A DNA stretch of 64,000 bases, from NCBI GenBank assembly GCA_965203905.1, contig CBDBDQ010000005.1:1920001-1984000 (forward strand), in the 5' to 3' direction. The DNA is from Spirochaetia bacterium (GTDB lineage Bacteria > Spirochaetota > Spirochaetia > SZUA-6 > Bin103). Below, piece after piece: positions 39,378 through 48,209 of this stretch. The notes beneath the pieces were generated by a model. It saw only the letters and a list, made by a program, of their open reading frames with translations, was not told the DNA's origin and made no database searches. The position numbers and the translations under genes were made by a program. Within the stretch, counting starts at the first letter, position 1; the number at the start of each line of letters is the position of its first letter.

Positions 39378-40586
39378 TCAACCCGTGTCAGTCCGTCCTG
39401 TCCGTCCTAAATCCCCATCAGCTGGCAAGAGGTAGTCGCTCCACGCGTCCATGAGCTGCCGTCGCCGCTCGAACAGGTCGGAGCGCATATAAGCGCCTTC
39501 GACTCCGCCCACAACATGCGCAAGCGCCGCCTCGGCCAATTCCCTCGATTCGTCGTTCTCCGCGCACCAGGAACGGAACGACGTACGGAACCCGTGCATC
39601 GTGGCGTTGATGCCCAACCCGTTGAACAGCTTGCTCGTCGTCCTGTTCGCCATCGCCTTGCCGGTCGGTGACGGAAACAGCAGGCCCGAGCCATCGTCCA
39701 GCTTCTGCGCTTCGGCCAGCACTTCCAGCGCTTGCGTCGACAACGGTACCCGATGCTCACGGCCGGACTTCATTCTCTCGGCAGTCAAGGTCCACACCCC
39801 GGCAGGTAGATCGACCTCGCTCCAGGTGGCAAGCCGAGCCTCTCCCAATCGAGCCGCCGTCAAGATCGCGTACTCTATCAGCAGCTTGGTTCCTTGCCAC
39901 GCGGCGGACGCCCGGATCTTCGCAAGCGCCCCCGCCACCTCTCGATGATGAAGCGCCCGCCGGTGCCTCCTCGGGGCAGTCCCGTTCTTGGGCAGCACCT
40001 GCGAAATGGCGTCGCCGGCCGGATTGTCACTCCGATGCCCGGCGCCAATCGACCACCGCATCACCGCGCCTATCCGATGCCGCAGTCGCCTAGCGGTCTC
40101 GTGCTTCCCACCGTTCCAGATCGGCGTCAGCACGGACAGAATGTCAGCGCTGGTGATGGCGCCGATCGGCTTGCTCCCGATCAGCGGAGAGACGAACCGC
40201 CTGAACGATGAACGCCAGATGTCGGCGGTACGCGGATTACGCCAGGTGCTGGCGTGTATCTCGATGACAATCTCTGCCGCCTTGTCGAAGCTCGGTGTGG
40301 CTGATCCCTGCCTCGGGTCGTGCCCCTGGTAAACGGCCCGTGCGTTCTCCAGCGCCGCCTCCCGGGCTTCGGCCAGGTTGACGATAGGGAACGGGCCAAG
40401 CCCGACGTTGCATGGCTTGCCGTTGATCCGCAGCCGCTGGCTCCATGACTTGGCCACGCCGCCGTGTGCCCGCGGCTTCACCAGGAGGCTCAAGCCGTGC
40501 CCGCCGTGGCCGTCGCCGTAGCGGCCGGGTCGCTTGACGGTGCGGACGAAGGAAGCGCTCAGTCTCTTGGGACGTATCTGAGGCAT
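39378..40586 (-). CDS. P4-like tyrosine integrase with arm-binding domain
   Basis: PGRYGDG..GLSLLV, GLGPFP.VNLAEARE, LTAARLGEAR, MKSGREHRVPL, HGFRTSFRSW, LAH...EGAY. Confidence 0.95.
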   Translation of the reverse strand: MPQIRPKRLSASFVRTVKRPGRYGDGHGGHGLSLLVKPRAHGGVAKSWSQRLRINGKPCNVGLGPFPIVNLAEAREAALENARAVYQGHDPRQGSATPSFDKAAEIVIEIHASTWRNPRTADIWRSSFRRFVSPLIGSKPIGAITSADILSVLTPIWNGGKHETARRLRHRIGAVMRWSIGAGHRSDNPAGDAISQVLPKNGTAPRRHRRALHHREVAGALAKIRASAAWQGTKLLIEYAILTAARLGEARLATWSEVDLPAGVWTLTAERMKSGREHRVPLSTQALEVLAEAQKLDDGSGLLFPSPTGKAMANRTTSKLFNGLGINATMHGFRTSFRSWCAENDESRELAEAALAHVVGGVEGAYMRSDLFERRRQLMDAWSDYLLPADGDLGRTGRTDTG

Positions 40587-40609
40587 GGTCGCGGCCTTGA
40601 GTTGATGCG

Positions 40610-40775
40610 GTGTACGGTTATCACTTACGGTAGCACCATATGCGTGAAAATATGCGGTATACGACGAAACGTCAAGCGACAGGCGATTGGCGTTAAATGA
40701 CGTGATATACGTTACTTAACAGAACAAAGTGGAACAACCGGAAACACCAATTCAGTAGCCTGTTCGACTACGCGG
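40610..40775. other. Putative attachment site / right junction of the element
   Basis: AT-rich stretch upstream of int with short repeats (TACGGT x2, ATATGCG x2); abrupt switch at ~40751-40757 into HNH gene sequence. Confidence 0.6.
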
Positions 40776-42178
40776 TGCGCGAGTTGGGCTACAGCGAGGG
40801 TGCCGCCTGGCGCCGCATAAAGGCTATGCGCCTGTGCTCCGATACCGACGGAACACGCGAGCGGCTGCAGGACGGCTCGCTCTCCCTGAGCGCGGCGGCG
40901 CAGTTGCAGAACACCTTCGATCTCCTGCAGCGCACGGCCACCGCCGCCGCGGACCCCGGCTCGGCACCCGCGGCACCGGAGCTGCTGCCGCTCGGCACGG
41001 GGCCGGCTCCGGAGGCGGGGGCTTCCGGGACCGGGGCAGCGGCGCCAGCGCGACCGGTGCCGGCGCTGAACGCGGCGCAGCGGCAGGAACTGGTGGCGCA
41101 GGCGAGCGGCAAGAGCACCCGCGAGGTGAAGCAGTTGTTGGCCGGGGTGGCTCCCGAGCTGGCGCGGCCGGCGGATCGCATGCGGGCGCTGGGCGAAGGC
41201 CGCTGGGAGCTGAAGGTGGCGATCGACTCCGCCTGTCAGTGCGGGATCGAGCAGCTACGGGCACTGCTGTCGCACGTGGACCCGCACCTGACGCTGGGGC
41301 AACTGGTGGAGCGGCTGGTGCAGGACGGGCTGCAGCGCTACGACCCGGGGCGACCGCCACGCGGGCGCAAGAGTGGGCGCGGGGAGGCGAGCGCGGGCCA
41401 GGCGCTGGAGCCGAAGACGCAGGAAGAGCCGGCGGGCGGGGCGACTTCGCCGGCGAAGCGGGGCGCGCAAGAGCAACCCGGAGTGCCGGCGCCGGAGGGC
41501 ACTATCACCGGTGGCAGCACCCCGGCGCCGGTAGCGCTGTCCGCAGAGGAACCCACGCGCGGGAATGGCGGCGCCGGCATCTCGGCGGTGGCAGCGCTGT
41601 CCGCGCCGCCGGCGGGGCGCGAGACTTGTGGCAGCACCCCGGTGAGTGCCAAGCCGGCGGTGGCGGCGCCCGGCACCACTCCTTCGGCGGCGAAGTTGGT
41701 GGCTGGTTGTGGGTCCCGCGTCTCCGTACCGACGCCACGGCCGACACCACCGGCAGTCCAGAGCATGCCAACCGCGCGGGCAGCGGCGGATCGCGGTCGC
41801 ATCGCTCCTTCGCCAGCGAAGCGGGCCGGGGCGGCGAAGCGGGCCGGAGCCGTGCAGGTCGATCGCCATTCGCGACCGCAGCCGGCGCCAGCCGGCCCGT
41901 CCGGAGGCAGCACGCAGCCGCCCCACCGGGCGCGTCGATCCCGGTATATTCCGGCACCAGTGCGGCGCGAGGTGTGGCGCCGCGACGGCGGCTGCTGCAG
42001 TTACGTCGATCGGCACAGCGGGCGGCGCTGCGGGTCCCGCTTCCTGCTGGAGCTCGACCACATCGTTCCCTTCGCGCTCGGCGGCAGCGCTGAGCCCGGG
42101 AACTTGCGCCTTCGCTGTCGAGCCCACCACCGCTTCCGGCATCGGGAGGACGCGCCGTCGCCAGACGGGGCCACGTGA
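40751..42178 (+). pseudogene. HNH endonuclease gene (DUF222/13E12-like architecture), lacking ~56 N-terminal codons
   Basis: Starts at FSSLFDYAVRELGYSEGAAWRR, matching residue ~57 onward of 55397-57031; C-term RDGGCC...C......ELDHIVP...GG.....NLRLRCRAHH. Confidence 0.85.
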
Positions 42179-42402
42179 TCGGCGCCCGGCGGGGTGCGAG
42201 GTGGGCGGTCGGGTGTCGGTCCGAGGGGATTTGCAGCCGGCTTGTCGCGCAGCGTGGGATAGTCCTGAAGGCTCACACAGGCGTCGTGTCCGCGTCCCAA
42301 TATCGTGATATGGTAATGTAGTGTACCCAGCGCCAATCTGGAAGCCGCCGCCCGCTACAAGGGCTGCGAATAGAGCCCGGTCGTTCGTAGTGAGACTGCA
42401 AT

Positions 42403-43506
42403 ATGAGTAATAGACTCAAGAAACTCACAGTAAAGGGATTCAAAACGGTCGCTTCATGCATTGATTTTGAGTTCGGATCGCTTACGGCTCTAATCGGCGC
42501 CAATGGCGCTGGGAAGTCGAACTTCATTTCTTTTTTTCGAATGCTGAGCTGGGCGCTTGCAGATCCCAATAACCTGGAGCGGTATGTAGGCCGACAGGGA
42601 GGTGCCAGCACCCTCCTACATGATGGTCCGAACAACACTCGAGAGATTGAAACCGAGATTACAATTGTCACGGATACGGGTACCAACCAGTACGCGTTTC
42701 GATTGGCCTATGCGGCGGGAGACACCTTTATATTTGATTACGAGCGTTACGAGTTCTCCCGTTCACCAGATACGGTTCCGTACCGGAACGAACTAGCGGT
42801 CGGAGGCCGTGCGCCACAGCTTCTTTACTTGGCTTCGTATGACAAGACTGCCCGTTTCCTACGCGATCTGCTGAGGCGTATAGTCGTATATCAATTCCAC
42901 AATACATCAGACACGGCACGGGTACGGGGAAGATGGACGATCGATGATAGCCGATGGCTGAAGGAGGATGCTGGTAATCTAGCGCCAGTCCTGCTGAGGC
43001 TAAGAGAGGATGAGGGTGTGTATTATCAGCGAATTGTGGAAACAATTCGCCTTATTCTTCCATTTTTTTCTGACTTTGAATTGAATCCCGATCATGGGAG
43101 TCTACTCCTTCAGTGGCGTGAGCGGGACCGCGATCAGGTGTTCGGAGCGCCCCAGGCAGCGGACGGTATGTTGCGTGCGATGGCTCTCGTTACGCTCCTG
43201 TTGCAGCCAGAACAGGATTTGCCGGACGTCCTGTTCATAGACGAACCTGAGCTTGGGCTGCACCCATACGCAATTAACCTCATCGGAGGCTTGATACGTT
43301 CCTTAGCGACCCGGATACAGGTCGTTGTTGCCACTCAATCGACTCAACTGATCGATTGCTTTGAACCGAGCGACGTTGTTGTCGTTGAACGCGAGCAACG
43401 TAGTTCCTCCTTCCGTCGATTGGATGCTGACCAGCTTGTCGACTGGCTAACAGACTACTCGCTCTCTGAGCTATGGGAGAAGAACGTGCTCGGCGGGCGC
43501 CCGTAG
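42403..43506 (+). CDS. ABC-type ATPase (AAA_21/AbiEii-like)
   Basis: GANGAGKSN, ADGMLR, FIDEPELGLHP, VATQS, LSELWEKNVLGGRP; low GC. Confidence 0.9.
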   Translation: MSNRLKKLTVKGFKTVASCIDFEFGSLTALIGANGAGKSNFISFFRMLSWALADPNNLERYVGRQGGASTLLHDGPNNTREIETEITIVTDTGTNQYAFRLAYAAGDTFIFDYERYEFSRSPDTVPYRNELAVGGRAPQLLYLASYDKTARFLRDLLRRIVVYQFHNTSDTARVRGRWTIDDSRWLKEDAGNLAPVLLRLREDEGVYYQRIVETIRLILPFFSDFELNPDHGSLLLQWRERDRDQVFGAPQAADGMLRAMALVTLLLQPEQDLPDVLFIDEPELGLHPYAINLIGGLIRSLATRIQVVVATQSTQLIDCFEPSDVVVVEREQRSSSFRRLDADQLVDWLTDYSLSELWEKNVLGGRP

Positions 43507-43511
43507 TCGCT

Positions 43512-43991
43512 GTGAAGCTCAACTTCCTGGTTGAAGGGCAGACCGAAGAGACCTTCGTGAACAGTGTATTACGACCACACTTGGAGAGTCGTTCGATCAA
43601 CACCGAAGTGCGTTGCGTAGTTACCAGTCGAAAGGGTGGTTACGAGTATCGCGGTGGCCTCAATTCCTATACTCAAGCTCGAACTGATATAGTTCGGTGG
43701 ATGAACGAAGAACGTGATTCCAACACGCGATTCACCACGATGTTCGACCTCTACCGGATGCCGAGAGACTTTCCCGAGTACCAGAATACGGAGACCATCA
43801 CTGATCCCTACGATAGAGTTTGTAGGTTGGAGCATGCGATACGCGTTGATCTGCACGACCCGAGATTCATTCCTTACATTCAACTGTACGAATTTGAGGC
43901 CCTGATTCTGGCGGAATCCGAAACGCTATTGGTGCAGTTTCCCGACTGTACTGTTAGGGCAAACTTCTGCGCAGTCGAAGTCGAGCGATGA
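43512..43991 (+). pseudogene. DUF4276-like TOPRIM protein, apparently C-terminally truncated
   Basis: FLVEGQTEETFV, TTMFDLY..P.DFP, FIPYIQLYEFEALIL; expected downstream PE.IN....APSKR segment absent. Confidence 0.7.
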
Positions 43992-44650
43992 CCTCCTTTC
44001 TCAGTGTCCGCTTGCTCCTGGTGCGCCATGGGCAGGCGCGCAATGTTCCCGGCACCAGCTACGATGCCGCGCCGCTGTCGGCACTCGGCCGGATGCAGGG
44101 AGACGCGCTGGCGAACGCGTGTGCCAGGCGCCGGCCACACGCCCTGTATGCCAGCCCCGCACCACGGGCGGCCCAGACCGCCGCCATCATCGCTGCCGGC
44201 GCCGGGCTGAGCATGGCGGTCGATGAGCGCCTGCTGGAGTACCGTTTTGGCAGCATCACCGATCCCGGACTGACGCTGGAGCAGCTGCGGGAGCGGCGCG
44301 ACGATCTCCTGGTATGGGAGCCGGATCGCAAGTTGGCGGACGACAGCGAGACGTTGCGCGCGTTCGGGCTGCGGGTGGCTGCCGCGCTCGATGAGATCGT
44401 CACCCGGCACCTCGGCGGGAACGCGGTGATCGTCGCCCACGCGGGCAGCATCGACGCGGCGCTGCGCTGGGCGATCGGCATCGACCCGGGTACCCCCGTG
44501 ATGCACGACTTCCCGATCGCCAATGCCAGCATCACCGAGCTGATCCACTGGCCGCGCGGCCGGGTTGTCGGAGGTGCGCCGCGCTACACCGAATTCGTGA
44601 GCATCGGGTCGGTAGCCCACCTGCCGGCCGCGAGCCGCAGCGAGAACTGA
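43988..44650 (+). CDS. Histidine phosphatase family protein
   Basis: LVRHGQ, SPAPRAAQTA, LLEYRFG, VAHAG, NASIT. Confidence 0.9.
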   Translation: MTSFLSVRLLLVRHGQARNVPGTSYDAAPLSALGRMQGDALANACARRRPHALYASPAPRAAQTAAIIAAGAGLSMAVDERLLEYRFGSITDPGLTLEQLRERRDDLLVWEPDRKLADDSETLRAFGLRVAAALDEIVTRHLGGNAVIVAHAGSIDAALRWAIGIDPGTPVMHDFPIANASITELIHWPRGRVVGGAPRYTEFVSIGSVAHLPAASRSEN

Positions 44651-44662
44651 GGAGGCGGGGGC

Positions 44663-45469
44663 TCAGGAACGCCGGCCGCTGGTGCGGTAGCGGTGCACGG
44701 CCAGCGGGGCGAACACCGCGGTCAGGAGCAGTGCCCAGAGCAGCGTGTAGAGCACCGGGTGCTGCAGCGGCCACACCTCCGGGGGCGGCGTTCCGGGCGG
44801 GATGTTGCCGAACAGCTCGCGGGTGGCCTGGGTGACGGCGGAGATCGGGTTCCAGAGGGCGAAGGTGCGCAGCACCGGCGGCAGGTTCTCGGCCGGCACG
44901 AAGGTGTTGGCGACGAAGGTGAGCGGCATGGTCACCATGAACGAGGCGTTGTTGATCACCTCGACGCTCGGCACCAGCAGGCCGATGAACGCCATCACCC
45001 AGGAAAACGCGTACGCGAACACCAGCAGCAACCCGAACCCCGCCACGGCGTCGAGCACGGAGGTGTCGATGCCCCAGCCGACCAGCAGTCCGGTCAGGGC
45101 CATGATCAGCAGCGACAGCGCGTTGTACACCACGTCGCTGAGCGTGCGCCCCACCAGCAGGGCGCTGCGCGACATGGGCAGCGCGCGGAAGCGGTTGATG
45201 ATCCCCTTCTGGATGTCCTCGGCCAGGCCGGCACCGGTGAAGGCCGCGCCGAACACCACCGTCTGGGCGAAGATCCCGGCGATCAGGAACTCGCGGTAGG
45301 AGCCGCCGGGAATGTTGATGGAACCGCCGAACACGAAGGCGAACAGCAGCACGAACATGATCGGCGACAGCAGCACGAACACCAGCACGTCGGGTACCCG
45401 CTTGATCTTGATCACGTTGCGTTTGGCGATGACCGCGGCATCGCTGATGGAGTCGAGCAGCGCCTTCAT
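44663..45469 (-). CDS. ABC-2 type permease (DrrB-like)
   Basis: About six TM helices; GIINRFRALPMSR; WNPIS. Confidence 0.9.
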   Translation of the reverse strand: MKALLDSISDAAVIAKRNVIKIKRVPDVLVFVLLSPIMFVLLFAFVFGGSINIPGGSYREFLIAGIFAQTVVFGAAFTGAGLAEDIQKGIINRFRALPMSRSALLVGRTLSDVVYNALSLLIMALTGLLVGWGIDTSVLDAVAGFGLLLVFAYAFSWVMAFIGLLVPSVEVINNASFMVTMPLTFVANTFVPAENLPPVLRTFALWNPISAVTQATRELFGNIPPGTPPPEVWPLQHPVLYTLLWALLLTAVFAPLAVHRYRTSGRRS

Positions 45470-46470
45470 TCCGTGGCCTCCTTTGGCTCGGCGCCATGGC
45501 CGGTCAGGGACAGGAACACGTCGTCCAGGGTCGGCCGGCGCAGCCCCACGTCCTGCACCGCAACCTGCGCCCGCTCCAGCTCGCGCAACGCCTGGGCCAG
45601 CACCGCCGCGCCGCCCTCGATCGGGGTAAGCAGCGAACGGTTGCGCGGGTCGGCCTGCTGCTCGCCGACCGCGAAGCGGGCCAGCGCCCGTTGCGCCGGC
45701 GCCAGCGCGGCGGCATCGGTCACCGTGAGCTCGATCCGCTCCGCGCCGACCAGCCCCTTCAGCTCGTCGGAAGTTCCCTCGGCGATGGCCCGGCCGTGAT
45801 CGATCACCAGGATCCGGTCGGCGAGCTGATCAGCCTCCTCCAGGTACTGGGTGGTGAGCAACACCGTGGTGCCGCCGCCCACCATGCCGCGGATCACCTC
45901 CCACAGCCGGCGCCGGCCGTGCGGGTCGAGGCCGGTGGTGGGCTCGTCCAGGAACAGCACCGGCGGCGCCGCCACCAGCGCGCCGGCCAGGTCGAGGCGC
46001 CGCCGCATGCCGCCGGAATAGGTCTTGACCGGGCGGTCGCCGGCGTCCACCAGGTCGAACAGCTCCAGCAGCTCGCGGGCACGGGCGCGGGCGCGCTGCC
46101 GGCCCAGGTGATAGAGACGGCCGATCATGTCGAGATTCTCGAACCCGGTGAGGTGCTCGTCCACGGCGGCGAACTGCCCCGACAGGCCGATGCGGCGGCG
46201 CACCGCACGCGGCTGCGCCACCACGTCGGCCCCGGCGATGCGCGCGCTGCCCGCATCCGGGGTGATCAGGGTGGCGAGAATCGACACCGCGGTGGTCTTG
46301 CCGGCCCCGTTCGGACCCAGCAACCCCAGCACGCTGCCCTCGGGCACGGCCAGGTCGAGCCCGTCGAGGGCGGTGACCTGCCGGTAGCGCTTGACCAGAC
46401 CGCTGGCTTCTACCGGATGCCTGGTCCGAAAATGGCCGCCACCGCGCACTGCCCCATGCGCCGTTTTCAT
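45466..46470 (-). CDS. ABC transporter ATP-binding protein (DrrA-like)
   Basis: GPNGAGKTT, YSGGMRRRLDLA, LFLDEPTTGLDP, TTQYLEEAD, PTLDDVFL. Confidence 0.92.
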   Translation of the reverse strand: MKTAHGAVRGGGHFRTRHPVEASGLVKRYRQVTALDGLDLAVPEGSVLGLLGPNGAGKTTAVSILATLITPDAGSARIAGADVVAQPRAVRRRIGLSGQFAAVDEHLTGFENLDMIGRLYHLGRQRARARARELLELFDLVDAGDRPVKTYSGGMRRRLDLAGALVAAPPVLFLDEPTTGLDPHGRRRLWEVIRGMVGGGTTVLLTTQYLEEADQLADRILVIDHGRAIAEGTSDELKGLVGAERIELTVTDAAALAPAQRALARFAVGEQQADPRNRSLLTPIEGGAAVLAQALRELERAQVAVQDVGLRRPTLDDVFLSLTGHGAEPKEATE

Positions 46471-46622
46471 GGTCTTCCGTGTCTCGGAGTGACCGTGCTG
46501 ACGCATGGGGACGCCGGCACGCGCAGGAGGCTGGCAAGTCGGATCTGTCTCACTGGCCGAATATACCACGGCGAGCGGCGCCGGAGACGGTCCCTTGCAG
46601 CGGCCGGCACTATCGCTGATCA

Positions 46623-47054
46623 ATGGGAGCCATGGTGCAGGTGGCGCCCGGCCTGGCGATTCCGGAGGAGGAGCTGGACGAACGCTTCATTCTTGCCGGC
46701 GGGCCGGGGGGACAGAACGTGAACAAGGTTGCCACCTCGGTGCAGCTGCGGTTCGACGTCGCGCGCTCACCGACCCTGCCGCCGGAGGTGCGGCAGCGGC
46801 TGCTGCGAAGTTCCGGCAGGCGGCTCACCGCGGACGGGGAGCTGATCATCACCGCGCGGCGGTATCGTACCCAGGAGGCGAACCGCCGCGATGCGCGGGC
46901 GCGGCTGGCGGCCGCCATCGCCCGCGCGCTGCAGGCACCCCGGCCGCGGCGGGAGACGCAGCCCAGCCGCGCCGCGCGCGAGCGGCGGCTGCAGGACAAG
47001 GCGCGCCGCGGCGCCGTCAAACGGCAGCGCTCCCGGCCCGGCGACGAAGATTGA
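46623..47054 (+). CDS. arfB: Alternative ribosome-rescue peptidyl-tRNA hydrolase ArfB
   Basis: GGPGGQNVNKVAT; RTQEANR; basic C-terminal tail. Confidence 0.93.
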   Translation: MGAMVQVAPGLAIPEEELDERFILAGGPGGQNVNKVATSVQLRFDVARSPTLPPEVRQRLLRSSGRRLTADGELIITARRYRTQEANRRDARARLAAAIARALQAPRPRRETQPSRAARERRLQDKARRGAVKRQRSRPGDED

Positions 47055-47086
47055 CCGCGGACGGGCGGTAGCACAGGAGGCAGAAC

Positions 47087-47971
47087 TTGAAGACCATCGC
47101 CATCATCAGCCCCGGCAACATGGGGCACGCGGTCGGGCGCCTGCTCGGCGAGCGCGGATTCGACGTGGTTACCGCGCTGGCGGGGCGTTCTGCGCGGACC
47201 CGGGGACTGGCCGCGCGGGCGGGGATCCGCGATCTGGGCGGCGTCGCGGCAGTGGTCGCGGCGGCCGACCTGGTGCTGTCGATCCTGCCACCGGCGGCGG
47301 CGGTCGCGGCCGCGGAGGAGGCGGCGGCGGGCATGGCCGCAAGCGGCGCGACTCCGCCCTTTGCCGACTGCAATGCGATCGCCCCCGCCACCACCGAGCG
47401 CATCGCGGAGCTGATACGGGGCGCTGGCGCCGACTACATAGACGCCGGCATCATCGGCGGGCCGCCGGCCAACGGCGCCGGGCCGCGCTTCTATGCCTCC
47501 GGTCCGGCCGCGCACCGGCTGCAGCCGCTGCAGGGAGGCGGCCTGGCGGTGCGCGACCTGGGCGGCGCGATCGGGCGCGCGTCGGCACTCAAGATGTGCT
47601 ACGCGGCGGTCACCAAGGGCACCTCCGCGCTGCAGTTCGCCCAGCTCGCCGCCGCCAGCCGGCTGGGGGTGGGCGAGGCGCTCGCCGGCGAGCTGTCGGA
47701 GAGCCAGGGTGCGGTCTACGCGGCGATGCGGCGGTCACTGCCGGGGCTGCCGGCCAAGGCGCCGCGCTGGATCGAGGAGATGCGCCAGATCGCGGCGACC
47801 TTCGAGTCGGTAGGGGTGCCCGGGCAGTTCCACCAAGGCGCCGCCGCACTGTACGAGTTGCTGAGCGCCACCCCGTTCGCCGCTGAGCCGGAGGAGGCGG
47901 TCGACACCTCGCGCAGCCTGGAGACCACCGTGGCGGCACTGGCGCAGGTGTGCGCCGAACGCAGCCCATAG
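47087..47971 (+). CDS. NAD(P)-dependent oxidoreductase (6PGD-like, DUF1932)
   Basis: ISPGNMGHAVG, DCNAIAP, IIGGPP, ASALKMCYA..TKG, RWIEEM. Confidence 0.85.
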   Translation: MKTIAIISPGNMGHAVGRLLGERGFDVVTALAGRSARTRGLAARAGIRDLGGVAAVVAAADLVLSILPPAAAVAAAEEAAAGMAASGATPPFADCNAIAPATTERIAELIRGAGADYIDAGIIGGPPANGAGPRFYASGPAAHRLQPLQGGGLAVRDLGGAIGRASALKMCYAAVTKGTSALQFAQLAAASRLGVGEALAGELSESQGAVYAAMRRSLPGLPAKAPRWIEEMRQIAATFESVGVPGQFHQGAAALYELLSATPFAAEPEEAVDTSRSLETTVAALAQVCAERSP

Positions 47972-48209
47972 CCTTGAGGCCTACCAACTACGCAAAAAAA
48001 CCCGGTCTAAAGACACATGGTCTTGAAACCGCGCCATGGCAATCTTCAGCAAATCAATCGAGTGACATCTTCCGGAACTTTGTCGGGAGAAAAACTGTCG
48101 TACTTGGCCCCCGACTTACGCAGTTCATCCAAGCGATCCAGGAGTACTTGGTTCGGACTCTCGGCGACGCAGGAATCCCAAGTCCCGGGTAACTGATTGT
48201 GCCAAGCTG

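Larger units (their letters stand above)
1..40756. mobile_element. Integrated mobile element / genomic island (satellite- or IME-like); left end outside window
   Basis: P4-like integrase + AlpA at right end, next to a junction into a 5'-truncated HNH gene; two replication proteins, SSB, RadC, a second tyrosine recombinase, many small hypotheticals and cargo; no housekeeping genes. Could be several nested elements. Confidence 0.75.
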
